Below the pieces are notes generated by a model that saw nothing but the letters and a program-made list of their open reading frames with translations, searched no databases and was not told the origin of the DNA. Of a stretch of DNA of 64,000 nucleotides, positions 33,523 through 43,617 are shown piece by piece. The DNA lies in the sequence record MW822008.1. One strand, 5' to 3'. Every line of letters starts with the position of its first letter. Position 1 is the first letter of the stretch. The position numbers and the translations under genes were made by a program.

Positions 33523-34138
33523 TATGACCAGAATTAAAATGTATGATTTGATGCAGTACAGTAAAATTGCCATTCCAGTGCTTAATAAAGTGCTGGATGC
33601 ATTCATTGCCAAATACCCTGAGAATTCAGTGTTATGTATTCCATTTAGCGTTCCAGATAAAGATGATATATTCCAAGTGAATGTCAGTACACGTGGTATT
33701 ACATTACAGCAGAAATACATGGATACGGAATATTATGGAATAAAGTTGGATTCAGTACAGGGTTCAAAATCAGCCTATGATTTTTTTGTTCCTAATAATA
33801 TAGAGTCATGGGAAACAAACATTTCAAAGAAAGATGAAAATGATGTTCCTATTAGTGGTGTGTTCAACAATAAAGTTTTTTATTATTACGAAACCGACAA
33901 ATTCCCTGAAGAGTTATATTACAATTCAGAAATGAATGAAGATGTAGATGCATTCATGTTTCAATTATCTTTAGTACATGATATCATTGATGTTCAAGAG
34001 TTAAGAGCAGAAATCAATTTAGCTAAAGAGTTATCGGACATGCTGCCACCGTTTAGTATGCTTTTTTGTGAAGGTGGTTATTTTTCAAAAGAAGTGTTTG
34101 AACATTTCGTAGATGTTGTAAAAGGGTTGGATATATAG
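33515..34138 (+). CDS. Family B paralog
   Basis: AFMFQLSLVHD. Confidence 0.85.
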   Translation: MNDMTRIKMYDLMQYSKIAIPVLNKVLDAFIAKYPENSVLCIPFSVPDKDDIFQVNVSTRGITLQQKYMDTEYYGIKLDSVQGSKSAYDFFVPNNIESWETNISKKDENDVPISGVFNNKVFYYYETDKFPEELYYNSEMNEDVDAFMFQLSLVHDIIDVQELRAEINLAKELSDMLPPFSMLFCEGGYFSKEVFEHFVDVVKGLDI

Positions 34139-34139
34139 T

Positions 34140-34334
34140 ATGCTTACAGTTGATGTTAAACAAAAATACCGTAAGTTTGATTGGTTCACCGATAGTTTCC
34201 AGCTTGAATTATTACATATGAATATCAGTGAAACATTATGTGCAGAAACACAAGATGAATTTGATGATAGAGTGATGAACATAGTAATGCTTTCTTGCTT
34301 TAAACATTTTGGTTATTTTTTCGGACAGAATTGA
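34140..34334 (+). CDS. Hypothetical protein
   Basis: ORF. Confidence 0.65.
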   Translation: MLTVDVKQKYRKFDWFTDSFQLELLHMNISETLCAETQDEFDDRVMNIVMLSCFKHFGYFFGQN

Positions 34335-34342
34335 GGTAAAAA

Positions 34343-34858
34343 ATGCATCAACACAAGCATCATTCATATGATTTTGCAATTAACATTATGAAGTTCATTC
34401 GAGCGTTGGAGGATGGGAAGCTTAGTCATAAGTACAGGAAAGAGGGTAACAATTGGTTCAGAAATGATTCCGAGTTCAGTTGTCATAAAATCGTGTATAG
34501 TAATCAGTACAGTGCCAATTACCTACAAGATGTAGTGATGTGTTTTGAATACGTGTTGCAGTTCAGGGGTTCAATCCAAGATGAGTTGATGGAGAACATG
34601 TACATCCGATACCTTCCAATGCTCAAAGATGAAAATGTATTATTAAATTCAATATACCAACGAGTTCGTGAAATTGAGTGCAGGGATATATTAGATACAG
34701 AAGAATCGTATTTCCAGCAATCCCTGATTTATTCACCTGATTTATTACAGGTACATAATTTGTTTAATACATTACGTCAGAACATCAGTACAGACATATT
34801 TTTGTCATTATCGGATTATGATACATTTGTCAAAGATTTAGAGGAAATAGGATTATGA
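34343..34858 (+). CDS. Family B paralog
   Basis: EESYFQQSLIY. Confidence 0.85.
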   Translation: MHQHKHHSYDFAINIMKFIRALEDGKLSHKYRKEGNNWFRNDSEFSCHKIVYSNQYSANYLQDVVMCFEYVLQFRGSIQDELMENMYIRYLPMLKDENVLLNSIYQRVREIECRDILDTEESYFQQSLIYSPDLLQVHNLFNTLRQNISTDIFLSLSDYDTFVKDLEEIGL

Positions 34859-35196
34859 GTAGATTTTCGGTTTGTGTGGTAAACATAAAAAGTGATGGTA
34901 GTTTAATTGAATTAGATGTATATGATGATGATAATGCATATGGTATTAAAGTACAGGACAATGATGTGCAGTTCAGTTCAAGAACAAATTTTGAAAATCC
35001 AGTCCAAGTTCCTAATTTCATAGAAGATGAAGCAGCACGTTTCCAATACGAAACGGCATATGACAATGTACATATGCATATTATTATGCAACAAAGTTTA
35101 GTTCAATTAGTTCCTTTGTTCAGACAAAATATATATGTACATGAATTGTCGATCAATGACGTTCGCAGTTCCGTATTGTTCGATACAAATATGTAA
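34855..35196 (+). CDS. Family B paralog
   Basis: EAARFQYETAYD. Confidence 0.75.
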   Translation: MSRFSVCVVNIKSDGSLIELDVYDDDNAYGIKVQDNDVQFSSRTNFENPVQVPNFIEDEAARFQYETAYDNVHMHIIMQQSLVQLVPLFRQNIYVHELSINDVRSSVLFDTNM

Positions 35197-35206
35197 GGAA
35201 AGTACA

Positions 35207-35749
35207 ATGAGTTTATTAGATACATTAGAAAAAGACAGAAGTGCAATTAAGCGTTTAAAAGAGCAAGTACAAAAGATTGTATACAACGTTGATAAGTTTG
35301 AGGTTCCCGGAAGATTTGGTGATATTTCCCATACGGAGATCAAATCCCTTAAGTCAGATTTGTTGATTAAAAATAAAAATGGGTTGATTTTAGTTTTGAG
35401 TTCAGATATGATGGGGGCAACACATAGTTATAATGCAGTATCGGTGCGTTCAGAGTGTGAAGGTATATATCTATCACAGGGTTTCAATAGCGAGACACAG
35501 GTTTGTTTTTGTGATGCAGTACATGACCCTATGAAGTTCACGAGAAGTGAAGCCCAAGCGTTATTAGAGCTATCAGACGAGAGTTTGTTTCAGTACAGTA
35601 CAATGTATGACAATGATAAGCTTCGTTGTATGTACGCTGTAAAGCATTATACACAGGAGTTCTCTGGATTTGCATACCTTTTAGTTAGAACCAATACCAG
35701 ATATATTGATATGTTAGAAGATTACATCGATAAAGTTGTTAATGTATGA
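35207..35749 (+). CDS. Family B paralog
   Basis: DESLFQYSTMYD; start trimmed. Confidence 0.85.
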   Translation: MSLLDTLEKDRSAIKRLKEQVQKIVYNVDKFEVPGRFGDISHTEIKSLKSDLLIKNKNGLILVLSSDMMGATHSYNAVSVRSECEGIYLSQGFNSETQVCFCDAVHDPMKFTRSEAQALLELSDESLFQYSTMYDNDKLRCMYAVKHYTQEFSGFAYLLVRTNTRYIDMLEDYIDKVVNV

Positions 35750-35761
35750 TTTTGTGATGGG

Positions 35762-35941
35762 ATGATGCTAATGAAAGAGTTATTTGAAGATCAGTTCAAT
35801 ACATATGTGGATAATATTCTTTATTCCAGTCGTGCCAGTCAACGAGGAAATCGTGCTTACAATATTGATTACCTATTGGTGGTGCTGAGTTCACAGTACA
35901 CCAATGCGGTACAAAGGGTTTATTATGAAAAGTGCAAGTAA
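35762..35941 (+). CDS. 59-aa hypothetical protein
   Basis: Translated by hand; fills gap. Confidence 0.55.
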   Translation: MMLMKELFEDQFNTYVDNILYSSRASQRGNRAYNIDYLLVVLSSQYTNAVQRVYYEKCK

Positions 35942-36134
35942 TAGTGATATTGCAAAGGAGAAGTTTAAGTGCAGTTTAGATTACGGTTTAAATGATTTTC
36001 TTACATGCACAATGTACAGGGATGATGATTATGAACAATCCGTAATTTCGTTGCACAGATATTTAGAAATAATTTACGCAAGATATCTTAGAAGGTTAGA
36101 GGGAATAGGGGATTGGTATAATGATTACGTTTGA
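35925..36134 (+). CDS. Hypothetical protein
   Basis: ORF, start trimmed. Confidence 0.65.
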   Translation: MKSASNSDIAKEKFKCSLDYGLNDFLTCTMYRDDDYEQSVISLHRYLEIIYARYLRRLEGIGDWYNDYV

Positions 36135-36357
36135 AGAACCAGAAACAATGAGTCCATATACGATGAAAGGTTTTGAATTCATGATGGATTCGATTTTGAA
36201 GAGTTCGTGTTTAGTACACAATCCTGAGCGTGCAACAGTGAGGGAATATCAGGACAATGCATTACAGCGTGTAATGAATATGTACAGGAATACGAGTCGC
36301 AAGCTTTGTGCGTTGAAAAGGATTGAAGAAATCAAGGTTTCTAGGCTGAATAAATAG
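36121..36357 (+). CDS. Hypothetical protein
   Basis: ORF. Confidence 0.7.
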   Translation: MITFEEPETMSPYTMKGFEFMMDSILKSSCLVHNPERATVREYQDNALQRVMNMYRNTSRKLCALKRIEEIKVSRLNK

Positions 36358-36556
36358 AGACGTTTCATTTTGACAGGCCGCTGGAGGGGGTCAAAAAAAT
36401 TTCCGCTGAAAAACATGCTAAGGTATATGTTTAATATAAAGTTTTATATTGTGTTTTTTCAGAGTACAGTTCATGTTTCTTGAAACAAAAAATACCCCGC
36501 CGCCGAACGTTCTCCTTATATTGGAGTTTACCTTATTAATTATAGTAGAGATTAAG

Positions 36557-36934
36557 ATGGAAATAAAATATAATGAATTTTGTGCAAGGACATGGATGTA
36601 CACTGGTGAGTTAGTTACGCACTCTAACTTATACAAGGGTGATTTAAACTACGCTAGGGACAAGATTTTAAAGTACTGGAATGCTGACTTTTATTTGATG
36701 GATTTTAGTACTGGGTTTAGGGGTAAAGCAACCGAGATGTTGGACTATACAGTACTTGATGATTCTGCACTGTTTCAGGCGGCATTAGTATTTGATAAGA
36801 AGTACATCTGTACATTAGAAGAGATGATTGAATTACAGCGTAGAATTAAATGTATTCACAGGGAATGTATAGATATCTGGTGCAGTACTGGTGAAGATGA
36901 TTTTTGTAATCATTTCAATCTAGGGGAAGTGTGA
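36557..36934 (+). CDS. Family B paralog
   Basis: DYTVLDDSALFQAALVFD; start trimmed. Confidence 0.85.
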   Translation: MEIKYNEFCARTWMYTGELVTHSNLYKGDLNYARDKILKYWNADFYLMDFSTGFRGKATEMLDYTVLDDSALFQAALVFDKKYICTLEEMIELQRRIKCIHRECIDIWCSTGEDDFCNHFNLGEV

Positions 36935-37095
36935 TGGAATTTGATTTTTTAATATCAGTACATTCTTTTAAGCACAGTTATCAGTACTTTTGTAATTTAA
37001 ACAAAGGTGATTTGATTATGGATACAGATACAGAGGCTGTATACAGTTCTAATATTCTGTACAAATTCAGTACTAATCTGAAGGAGATTTTATGA
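36934..37095 (+). pseudogene. Truncated/chimeric duplicate of gene 37463
   Basis: First 27 codons nearly identical to 37463, then an unrelated tail; 53 aa. Confidence 0.7.
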
Positions 37096-37463
37096 AAAAA
37101 GAAATTAGAATTCAATTCGGTATGAGGAAAAGAGAGGTCATCTGTACACTGAATCATGCGGTCGTGGAAAGCCTTGGTGGTGCATTACAAAAATTCTCCC
37201 ATTTTGTTCTTGTACTATATGAAAATGGGTCTTTTAAAATCTTCACATATGATGATTCAAAAAATTACCGTAATGATTTTGTAAATCTGACAGTACTGTC
37301 AGAAGAGGAATTCTTTCAGGAAAGTACTGTCTGGAATTTACCAGGAGCACCAATTGAATACGTCCGTGCTACACAGGCAGAAATGATCAAAGTAATGCAG
37401 AACTATCCAGAAGATTATATGACTAAGTTTCCTGAATCTATTTATGTAGAGGTTGAGTACTGA
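37092..37463 (+). CDS. Family B paralog
   Basis: EEEFFQESTVWN. Confidence 0.85.
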   Translation: MKKEIRIQFGMRKREVICTLNHAVVESLGGALQKFSHFVLVLYENGSFKIFTYDDSKNYRNDFVNLTVLSEEEFFQESTVWNLPGAPIEYVRATQAEMIKVMQNYPEDYMTKFPESIYVEVEY

Positions 37464-37819
37464 TGGAATTTGATTTTTTAATATCAGTACATACTTTCAA
37501 GCACAGTTATCAGTACTTTTGTAATTTAAACAAAGGTGATTTAATGCACAGTGCAAATGAGTATATTCATTACACTCAGGGTAAATTTACATTCATTGAT
37601 TACAGTTCATTACAGTATCCACACCAAGATATGCCGGACTATACATTAATGGATACCGCAGAACTATTCCAAGAATCATTAGTATTTGATAAGAAGTACT
37701 TGTGTACATTTGAAGAAGTTATTGCAATACAAAATGAAATGAAAGAGTATGCTGCTTTGCATAAACCCAATGCAAGTATTAATCAAGAATACAAATTCAA
37801 TTTAGGAATTCAAGAATGA
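37463..37819 (+). CDS. Family B paralog
   Basis: AELFQESLVFD. Confidence 0.85.
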   Translation: MEFDFLISVHTFKHSYQYFCNLNKGDLMHSANEYIHYTQGKFTFIDYSSLQYPHQDMPDYTLMDTAELFQESLVFDKKYLCTFEEVIAIQNEMKEYAALHKPNASINQEYKFNLGIQE

Positions 37820-38175
37820 CATATGATTATTCTATGTACTATTATAAGTTACCTAAAGGATGGGACTTGTGCTGTAATCTTATTAAGGGCGACTCGGAAC
37901 ATGAGTTGAGTTTATATATGCATTACAAAGATTCTTGTTTTAAATTTATTCATGTATCACATGACGACTATGACTATGAATCTGAGAGTCTTATAGATTA
38001 TACAGTACTGGACGATGGTGAACTATTTCAGGCTGCATTAGTGTTTGATAAGAATAAGTACTCCTGTACATTTGAAGAAATGGTTTCTTTGCAAAATGAA
38101 ATGAAGAGATTTGAAAAAGAAAACGTATTTAATCCATCCCCATCAAGAACGAATAATTATTATTTCAATATATGA
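37816..38175 (+). CDS. Family B paralog
   Basis: DGELFQAALVFD. Confidence 0.85.
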   Translation: MTYDYSMYYYKLPKGWDLCCNLIKGDSEHELSLYMHYKDSCFKFIHVSHDDYDYESESLIDYTVLDDGELFQAALVFDKNKYSCTFEEMVSLQNEMKRFEKENVFNPSPSRTNNYYFNI

Positions 38176-38184
38176 GATTATAAA

Positions 38185-38676
38185 ATGACATTACAGAGTT
38201 CATTGGAAAAAGCAAAGAAGATTCATGAGTACATGAATATGGCAAAAGAAGGTTCAGTTTACGGTGTTTTCAAAGACACAAGTACTCAATATTATGTACC
38301 GGATAACCTCCTTTATAATGACTGCTCAGATACAGAAACGTGCGTACTGGATACAGAAACGTGCATACTAGATACCGACCCTAATGATTATGAATGCTTC
38401 ATTAATATGCATAATGAGTACATGGTCTATATTAATGATACAGATACCATCAACAGTACTGACAGCGATTCCAATGACATTATAATTCCGAGTGAAGTAC
38501 TGGAAGGTCCGTGGGATAGTGAAGAGTATTACTTCCAACAAAGTACTGTATATGATAATGAAGTACTTGATGTTATTATAATTATGTGGTACTTTAAAAG
38601 TATTGGTTCTGGGAACTTCTATTTCGATTACAAATACGTAAAGAAAACTGTAGATAACGGTATTAACAGGGGTTGA
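38185..38676 (+). CDS. Family B paralog
   Basis: GPWDSEEYYFQQSTVYD. Confidence 0.85.
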   Translation: MTLQSSLEKAKKIHEYMNMAKEGSVYGVFKDTSTQYYVPDNLLYNDCSDTETCVLDTETCILDTDPNDYECFINMHNEYMVYINDTDTINSTDSDSNDIIIPSEVLEGPWDSEEYYFQQSTVYDNEVLDVIIIMWYFKSIGSGNFYFDYKYVKKTVDNGINRG

Positions 38677-38677
38677 A

Positions 38678-39148
38678 ATGAGTTTAGAAAGAGCATTAGA
38701 GATTGCGAAGTTAATTGATTTATGCAGCAAAGAAATTGTAGCAAATTGTCTTAATGGATATCTATTCAAGGAAGGTAAATCATATTGTCGAATGAGATAC
38801 GATGACAGTAGTGAGTACATTCACATGTATGAAGAAAACTTAGATTCTTCTGAAACAACACTCAATGGGTGTGATGTTAATTTGGAAGATAATTACATGT
38901 ACTTCTGTCGTGATGCTGATATTTTAATACAAGATTCTGACATTATATCTGGTGCAGCAGAGAAACATCTTCCGTATTCAGTACTGGATAATGACTGGGG
39001 AAGTGAAGAGTACTACTTCCAGCAGAATACTATCTACGAGGAAGATGTACTTGACAAGCTTGTCATTCTGTGGTACTTTAATAATACAGATTGTCCTAGC
39101 TTCTATTTGGACTTGGATCTACTACGAGTTATTAAAGAGGATATATGA
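38678..39148 (+). CDS. Family B paralog
   Basis: WGSEEYYFQQNTIYE. Confidence 0.85.
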   Translation: MSLERALEIAKLIDLCSKEIVANCLNGYLFKEGKSYCRMRYDDSSEYIHMYEENLDSSETTLNGCDVNLEDNYMYFCRDADILIQDSDIISGAAEKHLPYSVLDNDWGSEEYYFQQNTIYEEDVLDKLVILWYFNNTDCPSFYLDLDLLRVIKEDI

Positions 39149-39588
39149 GTTTAGCAAGTGCACTTGAACTAGCACACAGAATACATCACTTCCACGATAA
39201 CATAAAAAGTGGGTTCTATGGTGATAAAGTAAGTGCATTTGGTGATGAGTATTATCTATCAGGTATAAAGACATACTCTGATGATATTTTACTTATGGGA
39301 CAGGATAAAGACAATACTATACAGTACTCTTCATGTAGTCAATATACTAATTTTTTTGTATATATTCCAGGTACTAAGATTACTTTTGACACAACAAATA
39401 CACCTGTTGACTTCGGGGTACTTGATGGCCAGTGGGGTACTGAAGAGTATTACTTCCAACAGAGTCTCATTTTTAACCAAGAAATTCTTGATTCCTTGGT
39501 TGTGTTGTGGTACTTTAAGGAATTGAATTTTGAACCATTCTTTCTTGACTGGGGAGCATGTGAATATTTAAGTACAGGGGATTTGTAA
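39145..39588 (+). CDS. Family B paralog
   Basis: WGTEEYYFQQSLIFN. Confidence 0.85.
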   Translation: MSLASALELAHRIHHFHDNIKSGFYGDKVSAFGDEYYLSGIKTYSDDILLMGQDKDNTIQYSSCSQYTNFFVYIPGTKITFDTTNTPVDFGVLDGQWGTEEYYFQQSLIFNQEILDSLVVLWYFKELNFEPFFLDWGACEYLSTGDL

Positions 39589-40076
39589 TGTCATTACAAA
39601 GTGCATTGAAAGAAGCAAAGAAGATTCATGAGTACATGATTATGGTACAGGAAGGTTCAGTACCAGGTGTATATAAAACATCTGATACTGAATTTTTTGT
39701 AAAAGACCGTGACGATTATGACGAGTCCGAGATATGTGCAGAAACATTAGTACTGCACACTGATACTGGTGACAGTGATAACTGTGAATATCATATGTAC
39801 AATCAGTACATTAGTTATTGTCGTAATGAAGATATTACCATCTACAACACAGATAGTGATGCTGATGACACTATCATTCCTTATTCAGTACTGGAAGGAC
39901 CGTGGGATAGTGAAGAATATTACTTCCAGAATAGTACGTTGTACAATGAAGAAGAATTAGATGTTATTGTAATTATGTGGTATTTCAAAAGTATTGACTC
40001 CAGTAGTTTCTATTTTGATTATGAATATGTAGAGAATACTGTAGGAGAAGGTAATGTCATTACAAAGTGCTCTTGA
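39588..40076 (+). CDS. Family B paralog
   Basis: GPWDSEEYYFQNSTLYN. Confidence 0.85.
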   Translation: MSLQSALKEAKKIHEYMIMVQEGSVPGVYKTSDTEFFVKDRDDYDESEICAETLVLHTDTGDSDNCEYHMYNQYISYCRNEDITIYNTDSDADDTIIPYSVLEGPWDSEEYYFQNSTLYNEEELDVIVIMWYFKSIDSSSFYFDYEYVENTVGEGNVITKCS

Positions 40077-40506
40077 AAAAGCAAAAGAACTACATGGATA
40101 CTTTGACGATATAAAGGCAGGAAAGTTCAAAGAAGTGTACAAAGCCGAGAACGGCAACTACTACAAGGATGAAATGTATAATAACTCCGTTGGTGTAAGG
40201 GTTATTCTTGGGTTGAATTCCAATAGTCCTATATCGTTTTCTGAATACAATAGAGATGCAGAATTTATTAGTTATGTTGAAAATGGTAGCATTCGTTTTA
40301 TTAATCGCAAAAAACCATTAATTTTGAATTATGAAGTACTGGAAGGTCCGTGGGATAGTGAAGAGTATTACTTCCAAAACAGTACTGTTTACGATGATGA
40401 AGTACTTGAAGCATTAGTTATTATGTGGTACTTAAAGAGTGTTAACTGTCCTCGATTTTATTTGGATTTCGAAGAACTTCGTAAAGATCCAGAAGGTATA
40501 GAATGA
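40054..40506 (+). CDS. Family B paralog
   Basis: GPWDSEEYYFQNSTVYD. Confidence 0.85.
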   Translation: MSLQSALEKAKELHGYFDDIKAGKFKEVYKAENGNYYKDEMYNNSVGVRVILGLNSNSPISFSEYNRDAEFISYVENGSIRFINRKKPLILNYEVLEGPWDSEEYYFQNSTVYDDEVLEALVIMWYLKSVNCPRFYLDFEELRKDPEGIE

Positions 40507-40817
40507 AAAACTTATTCAGTGTTCAGTACGTCCCTGGTGAAATTAGTTTATTGTATCTGTTTGATCATGATAATTCATTATTACTAGTAGTAAAGAAATG
40601 CCAAGCTAGTTCATTTGTTGAATACATTCACGATAGTGAATATATACCTGATTTTTTAGAGTGTGATTATTACGATGAACATGAATCATTTATTTTCCAG
40701 GAATCGCTCGTGTGGGATAAATCGATCAACTTCTTTACGTTAATTGAATTACAAAAGCAGGTGAAGTATCATTGGAATTACTTAATCACACAGGATTACA
40801 TTGAGATAGAAATATAA
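40503..40817 (+). CDS. Family B paralog
   Basis: ESFIFQESLVWD. Confidence 0.85.
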   Translation: MKNLFSVQYVPGEISLLYLFDHDNSLLLVVKKCQASSFVEYIHDSEYIPDFLECDYYDEHESFIFQESLVWDKSINFFTLIELQKQVKYHWNYLITQDYIEIEI

Positions 40818-41125
40818 TGACTAAAAATGAATTTGATTCACTTTGTACGGTTTATAATTCATTAACAGAAATACCTGACTTTATTAATTACATTTCAGCT
40901 TTAAATCAAATTATGCATAGTTTTGAACAATCGTTTGAAGAGAAATATGCTGGTAGAAAAGTTCTATGTCATATGTCAATGTACTTAGGAGATGGTGAGC
41001 CTTACACTACAAGTACTACATGTGAAATAAAAAAATATAATATATTATTGGGGACAATAGAATTCACAGTATCCAATGGTGGTAGTTATATGTACTTTAG
41101 AGATGGAGTGGTTGAATTATTATGA
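40817..41125 (+). CDS. Hypothetical protein
   Basis: ORF; no family motif. Confidence 0.75.
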   Translation: MTKNEFDSLCTVYNSLTEIPDFINYISALNQIMHSFEQSFEEKYAGRKVLCHMSMYLGDGEPYTTSTTCEIKKYNILLGTIEFTVSNGGSYMYFRDGVVELL

Positions 41126-41571
41126 GTTACGAAAGTGCAATCAAGAAAGCAAATGATATTCTACGCGTCGTTAAATTCTTCAAAGAAAATCCTGAATACT
41201 TAGCTGATGAAAACCATGATCACGATGAGAGATTGAGACGAAAAATTGTCGCTTTATTTGACACTAATGCGGATAATTATAGTCTAATTGAGTTAGCATA
41301 CGATTATATTTCATTGAACCGAAACGGCAATATAGTTAATATAGAAAGACATGCAACTGAAGAATCTTTTAAAATTTCAGATATTTTATCCCTGAGTACT
41401 GAAGAAGGGTACTTCCAGGGTAGTACTGTTTATGAACAAGGGACACTTGACAATCTATGCACATTCAGTGTAATATATCAGAAATCTGTACTAGATGTAT
41501 TTTATCTTGACACTGCTGAACTGGATACACTAACCAATTTTGTTACTACTGAAGAGGCTACATTCGAGTGA
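41122..41571 (+). CDS. Family B paralog
   Basis: EEGYFQGSTVYE. Confidence 0.85.
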   Translation: MSYESAIKKANDILRVVKFFKENPEYLADENHDHDERLRRKIVALFDTNADNYSLIELAYDYISLNRNGNIVNIERHATEESFKISDILSLSTEEGYFQGSTVYEQGTLDNLCTFSVIYQKSVLDVFYLDTAELDTLTNFVTTEEATFE

Positions 41572-42104
41572 TGAAAGTTAACATCAATGACTTTGATGCA
41601 TTACAAGATTTATCAAAAAAGATTCGCACCATTGTACCAGTACTCAAAAAATGCAGTACTGGTTTAATCGATCCTAGTACTGTTGTTAATGAGAAGTACA
41701 ATTTTCATTATGTATTACAGGGTACTGGGGCATTCCAGAAGTGTGAGGTGCGTGAGACACACGTAATTGATACATCATTGTTTTCTATTGGTGCACCTGT
41801 GTCGAATAATACTATTTTCCTAGACAACGCTGGAAATATTCAACAATTAACATTTAAGAAAAGGAAAAAGAACAATAACATTGGTGTGTATGCGATGAAG
41901 TGGGGGCAACCTGATTTGAAGCGTGAAATTCACATCCCTAAGTACAATTACAATGCATTTGACGAACAGTGTTTTCAACTATCGTGTACTGACCCTGACT
42001 ATGCTATCATTCAGTTCTATATGGAATTGCAGATTGCATTTAACAGTAATTTGTATATTAACTTATTGGCGATGAACATCGATGAAGTATTCAAAAACAT
42101 TTAA
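41568..42104 (+). CDS. Family B paralog
   Basis: DEQCFQLSCTD. Confidence 0.8.
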   Translation: MMKVNINDFDALQDLSKKIRTIVPVLKKCSTGLIDPSTVVNEKYNFHYVLQGTGAFQKCEVRETHVIDTSLFSIGAPVSNNTIFLDNAGNIQQLTFKKRKKNNNIGVYAMKWGQPDLKREIHIPKYNYNAFDEQCFQLSCTDPDYAIIQFYMELQIAFNSNLYINLLAMNIDEVFKNI

Positions 42105-42300
42105 TCGAATTGAATACATGAGAACTGTGAGTGCAGTGTGGGACATATGGTTCACTACTAAACCAAAAATGGATTACCATGACTTTAAGCTCTTGTTCTT
42201 CGTTGGCTCTAACAAACAGGATGTTGCAATGAAGGGTTATATTCAGCACTTACAGGAACTAATCCAGAAGAGAATATATGAAAATAATAGACCAAAATGA
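42082..42300 (+). CDS. Family A paralog (outlier)
   Basis: FVGSNKQD. Confidence 0.8.
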   Translation: MKYSKTFNRIEYMRTVSAVWDIWFTTKPKMDYHDFKLLFFVGSNKQDVAMKGYIQHLQELIQKRIYENNRPK

Positions 42301-42469
42301 CATTGCTAAACTATTCAATATATATTCTACTAGAATGATGCAAACAGACTCATATAGTACTGAATTCAAAGAGTTGAAAGTACTGATGTACTTAGGAACC
42401 CAATACCAAGAACAAGTTATTTTAGAATATATTAATTCGTTGAAGAAGGATATCCGTTATGTACGATGA
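42278..42469 (+). CDS. Family A paralog (outlier)
   Basis: YLGTQYQE. Confidence 0.85.
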   Translation: MKIIDQNDIAKLFNIYSTRMMQTDSYSTEFKELKVLMYLGTQYQEQVILEYINSLKKDIRYVR

Positions 42470-43019
42470 TTTAGATCTTGCGTTTGAACGTATGGTAATT
42501 TTAATGCAATGTGCAGAAATGCATGAAACAATCCGTCGCACCAAAGGGATTGAATATACAAGTAAACTATTCTCATACGAAAGTCGTCGAGGGATGGATC
42601 ATTTTTACTGCACTGATTGTTCAAAGTTTTCAGTACTGAAATATTATCATCCTACTGTTTCCAATAATAGTTTAATATCCACATATGACGGTGTTCTGTT
42701 TAGTGTAATGTATGACACATTACATCCATCAATTTCAATCTATAAAGATTGCGATAGTAGTTTATCGTATATAATTGAAGATTACTTATCTCCTAATACT
42801 GAAGAGAATATTTTTCAGAACAGTGTGTTGCATGATGAATTAAGCATAAAATGCATCTATATGTTCAATAAGTTAAAAGAGTACGCCGATAATAATTACT
42901 TAATTGATAAGTTAGCAGTATTGTCTGTTTCCGTTTTTAATACAAATGACATTGATATGAAATACTATAATGAGATTTGTAAAGTACATCATATGTATAA
43001 GGAACTATTATGTCAATAA
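42459..43019 (+). CDS. Family B paralog
   Basis: EENIFQNSVLHD. Confidence 0.85.
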   Translation: MYDDLDLAFERMVILMQCAEMHETIRRTKGIEYTSKLFSYESRRGMDHFYCTDCSKFSVLKYYHPTVSNNSLISTYDGVLFSVMYDTLHPSISIYKDCDSSLSYIIEDYLSPNTEENIFQNSVLHDELSIKCIYMFNKLKEYADNNYLIDKLAVLSVSVFNTNDIDMKYYNEICKVHHMYKELLCQ

Positions 43020-43612
43020 ATGCAAATAAATGTTGTAGTGCAGATGTGCATTTGTTTTTTAAGAAATTAGCAAATGATATTATATATATGCAGGAAATGA
43101 TTTATCACAAACGAGCGGATTTAGAAAAAGCATTAGTACAGTTCTCATTTATGCTTGATGGTGATATATTTCTAGAGAGTGATGCATTGCGAATAGTATT
43201 AGACAAAAATGCTAAAAGATTTTTATTTCATATAGATAATAAATTATGTTCCTCCGTATGTCGTACTTTTTATAATCGTGATTCGGACTTATATCAATTC
43301 CTTTATTCTAAAGGTGCAGTAGAAGCATCATATGGTGATGGTTATGCCCTAGGAAAGAGTATTCCATTTATGAAATCATTTAAAATAGAACACATCAGTA
43401 CTGATGAAGATGCAATGTTCACAAATGATATAACTATGGGACGTGAAGATGCAATGCGATATATTACAAATTCTATGCATACATTCTTTCAACGAACAGA
43501 ATTTGATAATGTATATATATCAAATGTAAATATTTTCAATGACCTGTGTCAGTACTTGAGAAGTGTTTGTGATTTTGATGAAAGCTATTGTAAGCTTTAT
43601 ACTGAGGTATAA
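43010..43612 (+). CDS. Family B paralog (divergent)
   Basis: EDAMFTNDITM. Confidence 0.65.
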   Translation: MSINANKCCSADVHLFFKKLANDIIYMQEMIYHKRADLEKALVQFSFMLDGDIFLESDALRIVLDKNAKRFLFHIDNKLCSSVCRTFYNRDSDLYQFLYSKGAVEASYGDGYALGKSIPFMKSFKIEHISTDEDAMFTNDITMGREDAMRYITNSMHTFFQRTEFDNVYISNVNIFNDLCQYLRSVCDFDESYCKLYTEV

Positions 43613-43617
43613 AACAA

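Noticed and set aside
36934-37545. Near-identical pair as DGR template/variable repeats
   Set aside because: Differences include T/C changes rather than being adenine-specific, and no reverse transcriptase is present.
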